This document shows, in pieces, positions 35,851 through 46,759 of a stretch of 64,000 bases of DNA. Made by a program: the position numbers and the translations under genes. The notes under the pieces are model-generated. The model saw only the letters and a program-made list of their open reading frames with translations, had not been told where the DNA came from and ran no database searches. Position 1 is the stretch's first letter. Each line of letters starts with the position of its first letter. Where the stretch lies: positions 62,001 through 126,000 of the forward strand of contig JBLDXI010000057.1 of NCBI GenBank assembly GCA_047495785.1, read 5' to 3'. The stretch comes from Lepidodermella squamata (taxonomy: Eukaryota > Animalia > Gastrotricha).

Positions 35851-36994
35851 GCTAAAATCAAGTAATTTTAAAGAAATGGAAATAATGAACAACAGCCGCC
35901 ACCTCAGAAGCTCTTAAATATCCCCTCCGGCTGTCATTACTCGAGCATTTTTTCATTTTGGACGCGAGCTGTGTCGTGCTGAACTTTGCTATACAGCTGG
36001 TCGCATTCATGTCGCAGTGTTCGACGGAAAATTACACAGAATGGATGCGGCCCTGCGAACGGCCGCTTGTCAAGTTTAACTTTTACAGCCATTATTATAC
36101 AGAGAAATGGACTACGCAACAAAGGCAGAAAGCAGCCCCAACACGCAATCTGCCAGTGGATAAGGGAAAATCGTCATTTCAACTTAATTCACGTGTGAGC
36201 AGCTGAAGTAAAAGGGTGCATAGCAACAAATTAATAAATTAGATACGGTAAAAAGATATCGGAGCTAATGCTTGGCCAACACACACACACACCATGAGCG
36301 CTCCACACATGCCGTGGCATCTGTTCACACATGAAAAAACTGAGCACACAGCGCCCAATTACACGGGTTACTAATGGCTTAACATTATGAAATTAGTTTA
36401 AAGAAAATGTGAAATCAAGAAATAATTAAATTAAAGTATTAATCTCCCAATCAGCATCGAGGTGAGACGGTGGTGGAATCTGCCATGAAAGCGCACTACG
36501 GGCTGGTACAACTTACTTTATGGTTTTGGTGATCAGTTTTGACAGTTTTGATTAGGTTATGTAAAACATCGTTTTGGGGATGCTTAAGGAGTCTACAAAT
36601 TCATGCTACATCATTGGTCTTGAAGGCATCACCATAAACTTGGTGAATTTTCCGGCAGATACCATTCTAATAGTGTCGTTTGGCGAAGAAATAGTCAATA
36701 TGGCAAAGGTGTTCGGGATCGGCCCTGCGTATCGACGCGTATTATCGACGCGACGAATCAACCAGCCAGAACCATTCAACTCAGCTGAACTCTGGACATT
36801 AGGCTCGCTTTTAGCACTTCGCAACAGGCGTGTTTTTAAATCTGAATAGCAAATACAACCGAACCCCTCATTTCGCTATTTGTAATATCTAATGTAATAA
36901 CTGTATTAAAAAGATACAAGATACAAAACAGAACACGGCCAGCCACAGAATTAGCGCAGCGCTGGTTTTATTGCAGACACATAGCGAAGCAAGA

Positions 36995-37381
36995 ATTCCG
37001 ATAAAATCTGACGCTGCAACGCTTGAATTTACTACTCCTACCACGAGCTGCGGATCGCGGGAATAATCCGCTAGGCCTTAGGCTTTTGTTAAACTGATGT
37101 CCGAGAACTCTATTAACTCGATCAAGGGCGAGAATGGCCATCATCGTCGCATCGTGGCAAAAATGCCTCAATGGGTAAAATCAGCGGACCTTGAATTGTT
37201 CGTCAGCCGAGCAAGCGCCACTTTAAACTGTGTCAGATTGAAGCCGAATGCTGTGAGCCCCAAATCTCTCTCAGCTTCATTCGGAATGCCATGAAAAAAC
37301 TGAAGAATGCCATGAAGAAAGCTTTAATTGTTCGATAATGGTTTCACTCGTGCAACCTGTATTCAGATCATCGACGCTGCC
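36995..37381 (-). pseudogene. Class C GPCR VFT fragment
   Basis: RHFCHDATMMAILALDR; sister of the 32897-33321 fragment. Confidence 0.8.
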
Positions 37382-37513
37382 TTTATTTTAGTTTAGTACC
37401 GAGCTTTAGTTACTTTCTATACGTATTTAAAATACATTCTGATAGTTAACTTGTTTTTCGATAGTTTGAGTAAAAAGATTAGCGCGTACAGTCGAACTTT
37501 TTTATTTCTCGAA

Positions 37514-37545
37514 GACGACGTTTCGGCACAAGCCATCATCAGGTC
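37514..37545 (-). ncRNA. Minimal type I hammerhead ribozyme
   Basis: GAC CUGAUGA U GGC-UUGU-GCC GAAAC GUC GUC. Confidence 0.75.
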
Positions 37546-37825
37546 ATATATAAGGAAACAAAAATCTAAACAAAGATAGTATAGTTAAAGGCTACAACAA
37601 TGAGATAGGGTTAATCAGTGTAAAGGCTACAACAAGGAAAACGACTAGATAAATAGTTTAGCTTTGATAGAGTCCTTTTGCTTATTCAGGTTAGGCTTAA
37701 TGGATCAATCAAAGCTAAACTATTTATCTAGTCGTTTTCCTTGTTGTAGCCTTTACACTGATTAACCCTATCTCATTGTTGTAGCCTTTAACTATACTAA
37801 CTTTGTTTAGATTTTTGTTTCCTTA

Positions 37826-38605
37826 CAGTGCTCATAAAAAGTCATGTCAACTGAAGAAAAGAGGCACGCGCCGCCAAAATTTTCGAAAAATTTTTTTGCA
37901 CGTGCCAGCGTGTTATTTACGCCCAATTCTCACTAAATTTCATCAAGTCAATAGTAAAAGACCTAAAAAGAGTAGATTGATAATGAGAGTAAAACATTGG
38001 TGATGAATCTCGCCAAATATTATACCAATCCACCTAATCCACCTAATCCGCCTAATCCGCCTAATCCGCCTAATCCGCCTAATCCACCTAATTCGCCTTT
38101 ACTGAGAGCTTAGAATTATGGTTTTCAGCTTTGAGGAGCTAATTGTAGGTTTAAGGACGCCAAATCGCTGACTCAAGGAAAGATCAACAGTGAATAGACA
38201 GATAGTATTCGGCTAGAGTTTATTAGTTTGAATCTAAAATGTGATGACACTGGCCCTCACCAAAAAACTTTCCAAATGAGCTTTGAAGATGGCGAAGATT
38301 AAGAGATATTACAAAATTGGAATTAAAATATAGCGACAAATGGAGCGATAATTCAATGTAAGGAGAGATAATCGGTAATCGTTCATAAAACAAAAATATA
38401 TAATTTTATCAAGCAAAATAACTGCCTCTTAAATCAAAAATTTCCGTTACAGAGCATGTTTAAATGGATGAGATTGTGTTGTTTATGTGTTAGTTTTTCA
38501 TTAAAGCCGGGGCCGTGTTTGAAGAACATGTGCAAAATGAATGAATTAATGGACTTGGCACGTGCCAGTGTTCAGCTACTATGACATGACTTTTTCATGG
38601 CTCTG
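37826..38605. mobile_element. Tc1/mariner-type MITE nested in the Penelope arm
   Basis: TIR CAGTGCTCATAAAAAGTCATGTCA / TGACATGACTTTTTCATGGCTCTG; TA duplication confirmed by the empty site in the opposite arm. Confidence 0.85.
38027..38098. repeat. 9-bp minisatellite (CCTAATCCR), about 8 copies
   Basis: Directly visible inside the MITE. Confidence 0.9.
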
Positions 38606-38612
38606 TATATAT

Positions 38613-38650
38613 GACCTGATGATGGCACCCGCTTGTGCCGAAACGTCGTC
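38613..38650 (+). ncRNA. Minimal type I hammerhead ribozyme
   Basis: GAC CUGAUGA U GGCAC-CCGCUU-GUGCC GAAAC GUC GUC. Confidence 0.8.
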
Positions 38651-38806
38651 TTCCAGAAATAAAAAAGTTCGACTGTACGCGCTAATCTTTTTACTCAAAA
38701 TACATTCTACTCAAAATAGATGCTCGGATAGTTAGGGCATCTTTGCCCGAATTCGACTGATAAAGACAAGTTTACGGAAACAGAAAAGCTGTCATTAGTG
38801 CTGGGA

Positions 38807-41128
38807 TTAGAATACGAAGGGATGGAAAATGGGGAAACCCGTTGATAGGGCGCAGCAGGATGAGTAGAGCAGCAGTCCGGTCGATACGATCCCGATTTCA
38901 ACGTTGCGCCACTCCGCTGTGTCCGGAACTATAAGGACCGATACGATGCACAGAAATATCAAAGAGGCTGAGGTGGCGACCGTGAAAACGAGAATTTTCA
39001 CTTCAAATCGGACCAGCTGATCTTTCACATGAAATCTTCTAATCGCAATTGCCTCAAGTAACTTCAGAGCATACGCGAGTGCTATCACAATCGCGTACAT
39101 CGAATAGAAGACTGCCGCATGCGGAGCATCGCACCAATAAGTTGTCATTTCGAAGTAGAAATCTTCTATTTCGTCATAAAGTATCGGCTCAACCGTTGTA
39201 CCGACAGTGGGTGGACCGTAACCGATTAGCCAAATCAGAATTGAGATAGTTGTCAAAATGAGCGTGATGGCCACCGAGATGAATAATAGCTTTTTGTTGT
39301 AAAGCTGAGGCGCTGATATATCTAAGCCAATCTCCTTATGAACTATCGCCACTTTGCCTTTCCACAAATCATAGTTCGCAGGTTTTACAGGCTTCGTCTT
39401 AGCTTCAGGCAGCTTACTTTTGTCTCGCATCTGATGGCTAAGGAAAAATATTCGCGGCAATAAGATGCTTGTGACTGAAAATATTCCGTAAATCATCAAG
39501 ACGAGAGAGCTTGTGCAAGATACAACTGAAACTTCGCTGACCAAAGAAATTATAGCTGCTAGGCATAGGGTACTACCCACCACGATTGTAATATTGCCTA
39601 AGAAACTATGCTCAGCGCGATATCTACGTCTGACCAACATGATAGCAATTCCAAGGTTGATTGTAGCTAAAAATGAGACAAAGCCGATGTAACACCATTT
39701 TGCTATCTCAGAGAAGTTTCTGACAATTTTGTAGATTTCTGACAGATCTTTAGGGGGCTCGCCATGGCTGTTGTACCACCGCGGTTCGACGATTTGTTGA
39801 ATTTCGTAAGATGATACGTTGCTATTCTCCAATCTTGAGCTAACCGTCTGCTATCTGAGCACGACCCGATACAGCGTGTTCATTACTGAATTAAAGTACT
39901 GCGAAATTTGCATATCTAAGCCTTCAATTTCGGTGATTTCAGAGTATTTCAACCTTCCTACTCGAATGCCGATAAAGTCCGATGTCGCTACGCTTGAGTT
40001 AACGATTGATCCAACAAGCGTTGGATATCTGGCATAGTCAGCTAAACTTTTTTTGTGATTCTTCACAAGTGCTCTGTGGCTTCTATCTAAGGCAATGATA
40101 GCCATCATTGCAGCGTCGTGACATAAATGCCGAGAGGAGTAGTCGGACGCCCTGGATATGTTCGTCATACGGTCAATGGACTTCTCAAACTCAGTCAGAT
40201 TGTAACCAAATGCACTTCGTCCGAAATCTCTTTCAGCTTCATTTGGCACTCCGTAGAAAAACGATAGCCTCGATTGTTCTGTAAGCATTTTTCGAGTGCA
40301 ACCAGGAGGTAGGGATTCGCTGCTGTTATCAGAACCGGAGAAGATGTCGGTGCTCCTGCTAATAATGAAAACGTACTGAGGCGCCGTTATTCCTGCTTTA
40401 TAGGCCTCACAGAGAAAATTGACAACCAGAAATATCTGAGAGAGCTGCAAATTAAGAATTCGACTGTTTGTCGTCTTGATCGATTCAAAAACCGAGGGAT
40501 CGATTTCATCCTGAATAGCTGTGAAAAGAGATACCTTCATGCCGTTCCTCGTGAACAGTTTCAGCGCCATATCAGCATTCAAATAGGATGTCGGATTTCC
40601 TGTATAGAATACCATTGCAACGCGATTCCATTTACCAACTCGACTCAAAAATAGAAACTGCGCTATCAGCTCGTAATCCGCTGCCATTCTCACTCGGTAC
40701 AGATTTGGATACACAACGCGATTAGCGGTGAATAGGCTACCGCCGCATCCTGTTGATATCTGAGGCATTTCCATAAAACGCGCTATTCCCGCTCCATTCT
40801 GACAACCAGCCGATGGACCGATTATGATAGGAGCGAGTAGTTTATTCTCGACCTGAATGAGGTCGATTGCGCGCATCAAACGGCTGGGAAAATTAACAGC
40901 AACTCTTCCTTCGTCAGCGTAGACGGCTACCAGTTCGAAGTCGCGTAAAATGTCCGTTCGTGAGTTGGCTGCATCGATAGCGATCTGCATTCCAGCCTGG
41001 CATGACGAAGCTTTCTGATTCGGCTGAACTGTTGGCGTGAATGCTACTAAATGAAGCTTTTCAAACTTCGTCATAGTTTTTGCCACTAAGATCGAGCAAA
41101 CTATTAAAGTAAAGAATTCTCGAATCAT
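38807..41128 (-). pseudogene. Class C GPCR G2 with a single in-frame TAG at 39853-39851
   Basis: The two ORFs are in the same frame; paralogue G3 has TCG (Ser) at this codon. Confidence 0.8.
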
Positions 41129-41954
41129 TTTGTAGAACTGATTATTTTCCGAAGCGGACAGGAGAATTTCAGGTTGAGGATTCTGATAAGCGTGCTTAAA
41201 TAGCCTCAGCTACCTCGTGGGCGGTCCATTGCAATCTGCGATCGGAATCAACGTCGTGACATACATTTGGCATCATACTTGCGCACTTTCACGCAAATTG
41301 ATAGTCTAATTATGCGAAAGCATGCTCTTTCTCGCTCATGTAAACATGCTTTACGGCGTATAAGATTTTCAAGTTCAAACCATGACTGTAGAAAATTGCA
41401 CAATGTCACACCAAATTATCGCGAATGCGTTGTCGGGTTTTTTAATGCAATCCTCTTAATTGAAGTATTAATAAAAAATCTACGCAGATGCTCCTAGGTC
41501 TTTCCTGCTATATTGAGATTGTTTGTCGTAACATTCGGAATCCTTGTGTACGACTCCTCCAACCTCGCGAAACCAGCTAGTATACAATATCCACCCGGAT
41601 GTGGCTGTGAACCCTCGGAAGGCTGCTGCACAAGATGTTATTGTGTTGCTCAATCAAGGGCTCGGAACAGTAACAAAACTGACTCTCATTTATTGTTCAA
41701 ATTATGTTTTTAATTGAGGAATGCTGAGGATATGGATTATCAGTGGGGCCTACCCGGAGATGGCAGATGCATAACGAAACGAAACCTTTGCCAAAGCCGA
41801 TGCAATGCAAGATAACGAATAGAGTATCAACCCAGTTGATACAATGCCTATCTCAAAATTCCGCCACTCAGCCTTGTCCGGAACAATTAGGAGCGAGATG
41901 ACGCAAAGAAATACAAGCGACGCACAGGCGAAAACAGTGAAAATCAGAATTTTC
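40621..41954. repeat. Near-identical direct duplicate of 45631-46964 (offset 5010)
   Basis: Identical by eye except a divergent patch at about 40847-40874. Confidence 0.9.
41750..41954 (-). pseudogene. 3' fragment (TM6-TM7) of GPCR G4
   Basis: Identical to 46760-46964; breaks at 41954. Confidence 0.85.
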
Positions 41955-42112
41955 TATAACTCTTCCTATTTATTTTTTGCCGCCTGCTATCGGTCTTCAC
42001 CTCAGATTGTGTCAATACAAAGAAAAAAGACCAGGCTGCGATCCGTAGCATTGATTTTTTTACCCATCGCCTGTTTGTCAAAACCAAAATACCAAATGTT
42101 TCGAAATTGAAC

Positions 42113-42819
42113 ATGTTTTCGCATTAAGTAGCTCTGATCGCTTTTTCGCTGACTGCTGCTGTCAGTCTCGCTCAGGATAATCCATTTTCGCCGACAGAAA
42201 CGCGATTAAGGCGATATTTTCATATGAATTGTGACGTGTTTGAAAAGACGATCCCGCGCAACACGTACAGCCCGATTATGGTTGATCTTGAATTCGAACC
42301 AATCTATTTTCGCGGGCTGATCGAGCATTCGGAAACCGTCAGCATCACGGCTGAACTGACACTTTACTGGAGGCATCCGTGCGTCCATTGGAATATCTCC
42401 GACTGGGATGGAGTGAAGTGGTTTTCTATAGACACTTCGTCAACGTGGCATCCGGTCATTCAGCTGATGAACTCTGAAGATGACATGTACCTGCAGCATC
42501 TCTTCGAACGGGGCCATGTCCGATACACTTACGATGGTTCAGTGTCGTTTTTGTCTGACGGAACTGTCTCAGCGAAATGTCCTTTAGAGTAGGTTTCCAT
42601 TGAAGTAAAGGCATTTGATAACCAAGTAAGTTTACTTCTAGCTTGGTCAAGTTCCCGTTCGATGAACAGAACTGTACGTTCAACATTGAAATGGCTCTGA
42701 CTACGAAACACACCAAAATTAAAGAAGTGCTGTATGCTATCATGACCGAAGCTGAGAGTCGGTTCATAACAGAGATCGACGTTTGGACACTCGAGGGAAT
42801 TGAGCACTCAACTTCCTAA
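42113..42819 (+). pseudogene. Cys-loop receptor extracellular-domain pseudogene (exons 42113-42588, 42642-42819)
   Basis: TAA at codon 5 inside the signal peptide; WHP; spliced CPLDLVKFPFDEQNC; ends before any TM helix. Confidence 0.8.
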
Positions 42820-43144
42820 GCAGACTATCGGAGGAAACGGAGAACGATGTCGCAGTTGAATCTCCCACAATCTGAGCGATTTGCGAGCTTGGAACTTCGA
42901 AGCTCCACAGCAAGCATGTCAGAGTTGTCGATTTGAATTGGCCAGATTTGCAGGCATCGTTAGAATTACAGGAAGCCACGCAATTAACAACGAGTTTCAC
43001 AGAACTGATGTTGGCAACTAGGTAGGTTGATAGATTGTAGCCAGGCGTTACTGCATCAACTGATTTTCCAGGGTAGATGTTGTAATGATAACCTCCGGCA
43101 GCCACCGGGGCTATAAAATATAGCAAAATGAATACTTCGAACAT
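42764..43144 (-). CDS. Small secreted PAN/apple-domain protein (possibly 3'-truncated)
   Basis: Signal peptide MFEVFILLYFIAPVAAG; CVASC.....CKS.QF......CLL PAN pattern. Confidence 0.65.
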   Translation of the reverse strand: MFEVFILLYFIAPVAAGGYHYNIYPGKSVDAVTPGYNLSTYLVANISSVKLVVNCVASCNSNDACKSGQFKSTTLTCLLWSFEVPSSQIAQIVGDSTATSFSVSSDSLLRKLSAQFPRVSKRRSLL

Positions 43145-43753
43145 CTGTCCGGCGATGAAGAAATGTTTTAAATAAAGGAAAAGGCTGCACATCCGGTTGG
43201 TGAGGGTGGGCGCAACCTGCGACGAACTACACGTCAATCAAACTGTCGTCCTATACGCCAATATTGCTACGATATGATCGACCTGTTTCTATAATTAAAT
43301 GCTACAGTCTACAGTGTACAGTGTGTCCAAGAAATGTAGGTTAAAGTTTTTCAACTGCCACTTCATTAATTCCAGGAGGAGTTTTTCCACGAGGCTCCGT
43401 TCGAAAATCGCTGATTTCAGCTCCCTTAAAAAATTGACTTTCCAGACTTCTAGCGTTTGATATGTAATTATTGTCAGTCCTCAACTGCTGCTTTACGCAA
43501 ATCCCGAGACTCATCTCATGCCGCATGATTTTCTTCACATGTCAGAGATGAAGTTAGACACGAGTCAGAAGGTGTCACTCTTTATTTATTGAAAATGTCG
43601 GAATAATCGATCTCGACTTAAAATAATTATTCGGACACTGTCCGGGCGTTTTTCCTTTCAGCTAATTAGAAAATACGGAAGGAGCCTGTGTAGGATCGTG
43701 CGTACACAAAGTCGTCGGGTGAAAACAAGTACAAGAAAAATCAAAATTTGTCG

Positions 43754-46138
43754 CTAGTGGTCAGGTTCAGCAACGAAGGGAAATAGAAGCGGGAAAACGG
43801 TAGATGTGACACAGCAGGATGAGTAGAACAGCAATCCAGTCGAAACGATGCCGATTTCTACGTTGCGCCACTCCGCCGTGTCCGGAACGATAAGGACCGA
43901 TACGATGCACAGAAATATCAACGAGGCTGAGGTGGCGACCGTGAAGATGAGAATTTTCACTTCATATCCCACCATTTGATCTTTCACATGAAATCTCTTT
44001 ATCGCCACTGCTTCGAGTAAGCCGAGAACATACGCGAGTGCTATCAAAATCGCATACATCGAAAAGAAGATTGACGCACGTGGAGCATCGCACCAATAAG
44101 TTGTCATTTCGAAGTAGAAATCTTCTATTTCGTCATAAAGTATCGGCTCAACCGTTGTACCGACAGTGGGTGGACCATAATTGACAAACCAAATCAGAAT
44201 AGAGATTGTCAATAAAACGACGGTGACCACCATAGAGATGAAAACTTGCTTTTTGTTGTAAAGATGAGCCGCTGATATGTCTAAGATTGTCTCTTTGTGA
44301 ACTATTGACGTTCTGGCACTGTGAACTGTGAAGCTAACATTCCCAGCATAGTGAGTAGACATTCTGTCTTTCGTCAAATCGTAGTTTGTGCGCGGGTCTG
44401 GCCTCGTCTTGAATACATGCCGCTTACTTTCGTCTCGCATTTGATGGCCAAGGAAAAATATTCGAGGCAAGATAATGCTTGTGATTAAATAAATACCGTA
44501 AATCATCAAGACCATAGAGCTTTTGCATGATTCAGCTGAAACTTCGCTGACCAAAGATACGGCAGCAGAAAGGCAAAGAGTACTACCTACAACGATTGTA
44601 ATATTGCCAGAGAAACTATACTTAGCGTGGTATTTATGCCTGATCAAAAGGATTGCAGCTCCAAGGTTCATTATCATTAATAATGAAGCAAATCCGGTGT
44701 AGCACCATTTTGCTACATCTGGGAATTTCTCATGGAATTTGTAGATTTCCGACAGGTCTTTCGGGGGCTTACCATGGCTGTTGTACCACTTCGGTTCGAC
44801 GATTTTTTGAATTTCGTAAGACGATATGTTGATATTCTCAAATCTCGAGCTTGTCTGCTGCGATCTGAGCACGACTCGATACAACGTGTTCATTGTTGAA
44901 TTAAAATACTGCGAAATTTGCATATCCTCGCCATCAATCTCTATGATTTCCGAGTATTTCAACCTTCCTACTCGAATACCGATAAAGTCCGATGTCGCTA
45001 CACTTGAGTTAACGATTGATCCCACAAGCTTCGGATAACGTGAATAGTCAGCCAAACTTCTGTTGTAATATTGAACGAGTGCTTTGTTGCTTCTATCTAA
45101 GGCAATGATAGCCATCATTGCAGCGTCATGGCAGAAGTGCCGAACGGTATAGTCGGACGCCTTGGTAAGATTTGTCATCCGGTCAATAGACTTCTCAAAT
45201 TCAGTCAAATTATATCCTAAGGAACTTCGCCCAAAATCTTTTTCAGCTTCATTTGACAATCCGTAGAAAAATGACAGCCTCGACTGTTCAGTGAGCATTT
45301 TTCGAGTGCAACCGGGAGGTAGTGAATCGCTGCTGTTATCAGAATCGGAGAACACGTCTGCACTCTTGCTGACAATGAAAACGTACTGGGGCGCCTTGAT
45401 TCCTGCTTTATGTGCCTCGCAAAAAAAGTTGGCAATCAGAAATCCTTGGGCGATCTGCAAATTAATAATTCGGCTATTTGTAGTCTTGATCGATTCGAGA
45501 ACCGAGGGATCGATTTCATCCTGAATAGCTGTGAAAAGGGATACATTCATACCGTTTCTCGTGAATAGTTTCAGGGCCATATCAGCATTCAAGTAGGATG
45601 TCGGATTCCCTGAATAGAATACTATGGCGGCGCGATTCCATTTACCAACTCGACTCAAAAATAGAAACTGCGCTATCAGCTCGTAATCCGCTGCCATTCT
45701 CACTCGGTACAGATTTGGATACACAACGCGATTAGCGGTGAATAGGCTACCGCCGCATCCTGTTGATATCTGAGGCATTTCCATAAAACGCGCTATTCCC
45801 GCTCCATTCTGACAACCAGCCGATGGACCGATTATGATAGGAGCGAGTAGTTTATTTTCCATTTGAATTCGATCTATTGCACGAATCAAACGGCTGGGAA
45901 AATTAACAGCAACTCTTCCTTCGTCAGCGTAGACGGCTACCAGTTCGAAGTCGCGTAAAATGTCCGTTCGTGAGTTGGCTGCATCGATAGCGATCTGCAT
46001 TCCAGCCTGGCATGACGAAGCTTTCTGATTCGGCTGAACTGTTGGCGTGAATGCTACTAAATGAAGCTTTTCAAACTTCGTCATAGTTTTTGCCACTAAG
46101 ATCGAGCAAACTATTAAAGTAAAGAATTCTCGAATCAT
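43754..46138 (-). CDS. Class C GPCR, GABA-B-like, intronless, G3
   Basis: 794 aa; VFT + 7TM; paralogue of G1. Confidence 0.88.
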   Translation of the reverse strand: MIREFFTLIVCSILVAKTMTKFEKLHLVAFTPTVQPNQKASSCQAGMQIAIDAANSRTDILRDFELVAVYADEGRVAVNFPSRLIRAIDRIQMENKLLAPIIIGPSAGCQNGAGIARFMEMPQISTGCGGSLFTANRVVYPNLYRVRMAADYELIAQFLFLSRVGKWNRAAIVFYSGNPTSYLNADMALKLFTRNGMNVSLFTAIQDEIDPSVLESIKTTNSRIINLQIAQGFLIANFFCEAHKAGIKAPQYVFIVSKSADVFSDSDNSSDSLPPGCTRKMLTEQSRLSFFYGLSNEAEKDFGRSSLGYNLTEFEKSIDRMTNLTKASDYTVRHFCHDAAMMAIIALDRSNKALVQYYNRSLADYSRYPKLVGSIVNSSVATSDFIGIRVGRLKYSEIIEIDGEDMQISQYFNSTMNTLYRVVLRSQQTSSRFENINISSYEIQKIVEPKWYNSHGKPPKDLSEIYKFHEKFPDVAKWCYTGFASLLMIMNLGAAILLIRHKYHAKYSFSGNITIVVGSTLCLSAAVSLVSEVSAESCKSSMVLMIYGIYLITSIILPRIFFLGHQMRDESKRHVFKTRPDPRTNYDLTKDRMSTHYAGNVSFTVHSARTSIVHKETILDISAAHLYNKKQVFISMVVTVVLLTISILIWFVNYGPPTVGTTVEPILYDEIEDFYFEMTTYWCDAPRASIFFSMYAILIALAYVLGLLEAVAIKRFHVKDQMVGYEVKILIFTVATSASLIFLCIVSVLIVPDTAEWRNVEIGIVSTGLLFYSSCCVTSTVFPLLFPFVAEPDH

Positions 46139-46759
46139 TTTGTAGAACTGATTATTTTCCGAAGCGGACAGGAGAATTTCAGGTTGAGGATTCTGATAAG
46201 CGTGCTTAAATAGCCTCAGCTACCTCGTGGGCGGTCCATTGCAATCTGCGATCGGAATCAACGTCGTGACATACATTTGGCATCATACTTGCGCACTTTC
46301 ACGCAAATTGATAGTCTAATTATGCGAAAGCATGCTCTTTCTCGCTCATGTAAACATGCTTTACGGCGTATAAGATTTTCAAGTTCAAACCATGACTGTA
46401 GAAAATTGCACAATGTCACACCAAATTATCGCGAATGCGTTGTCGGGTTTTTTAATGCAATCCTCTTAATTGAAGTATTAATAAAAAATCTACGCAGATG
46501 CTCCTAGGTCTTTCCTGCTATATTGAGATTGTTTGTCGTAACATTCGGAATCCTTGTGTACGACTCCTCCAACCTCGCGAAACCAGCTAGTATACAATAT
46601 CCACCCGGATGTGGCTGTGAACCCTCGGAAGGCTGCTGCACAAGATGTTATTGTGTTGCTCAATCAAGGGCTCGGAACAGTAACAAAACTGACTCTCATT
46701 TATTGTTCAAATTATGTTTTTAATTGAGGAATGCTGAGGATATGGATTATCAGTGGGGC

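Larger units (their letters stand above)
37441..38696. mobile_element. Penelope-like element: inverted pair of 3' ends (pLTRs)
   Basis: Minus-strand IKPNLNKQKDSIKAKLFI* (37645-37701) resembles a GIY-YIG Penelope ORF end; inverted arms; hammerhead motifs; 12-bp flanking direct repeat AAAATACATTCT. Confidence 0.8.

Noticed and set aside
36606-36824. ELNGSGW motif suggesting a Polinton-associated protein remnant
   Set aside because: Only a short motif; the expected downstream pattern is not seen
41267-46723. Identical 76-aa and 66-aa ORFs occurring twice
   Set aside because: Identity is explained by the 5010-offset duplication; they start at TTG and have no recognisable motifs
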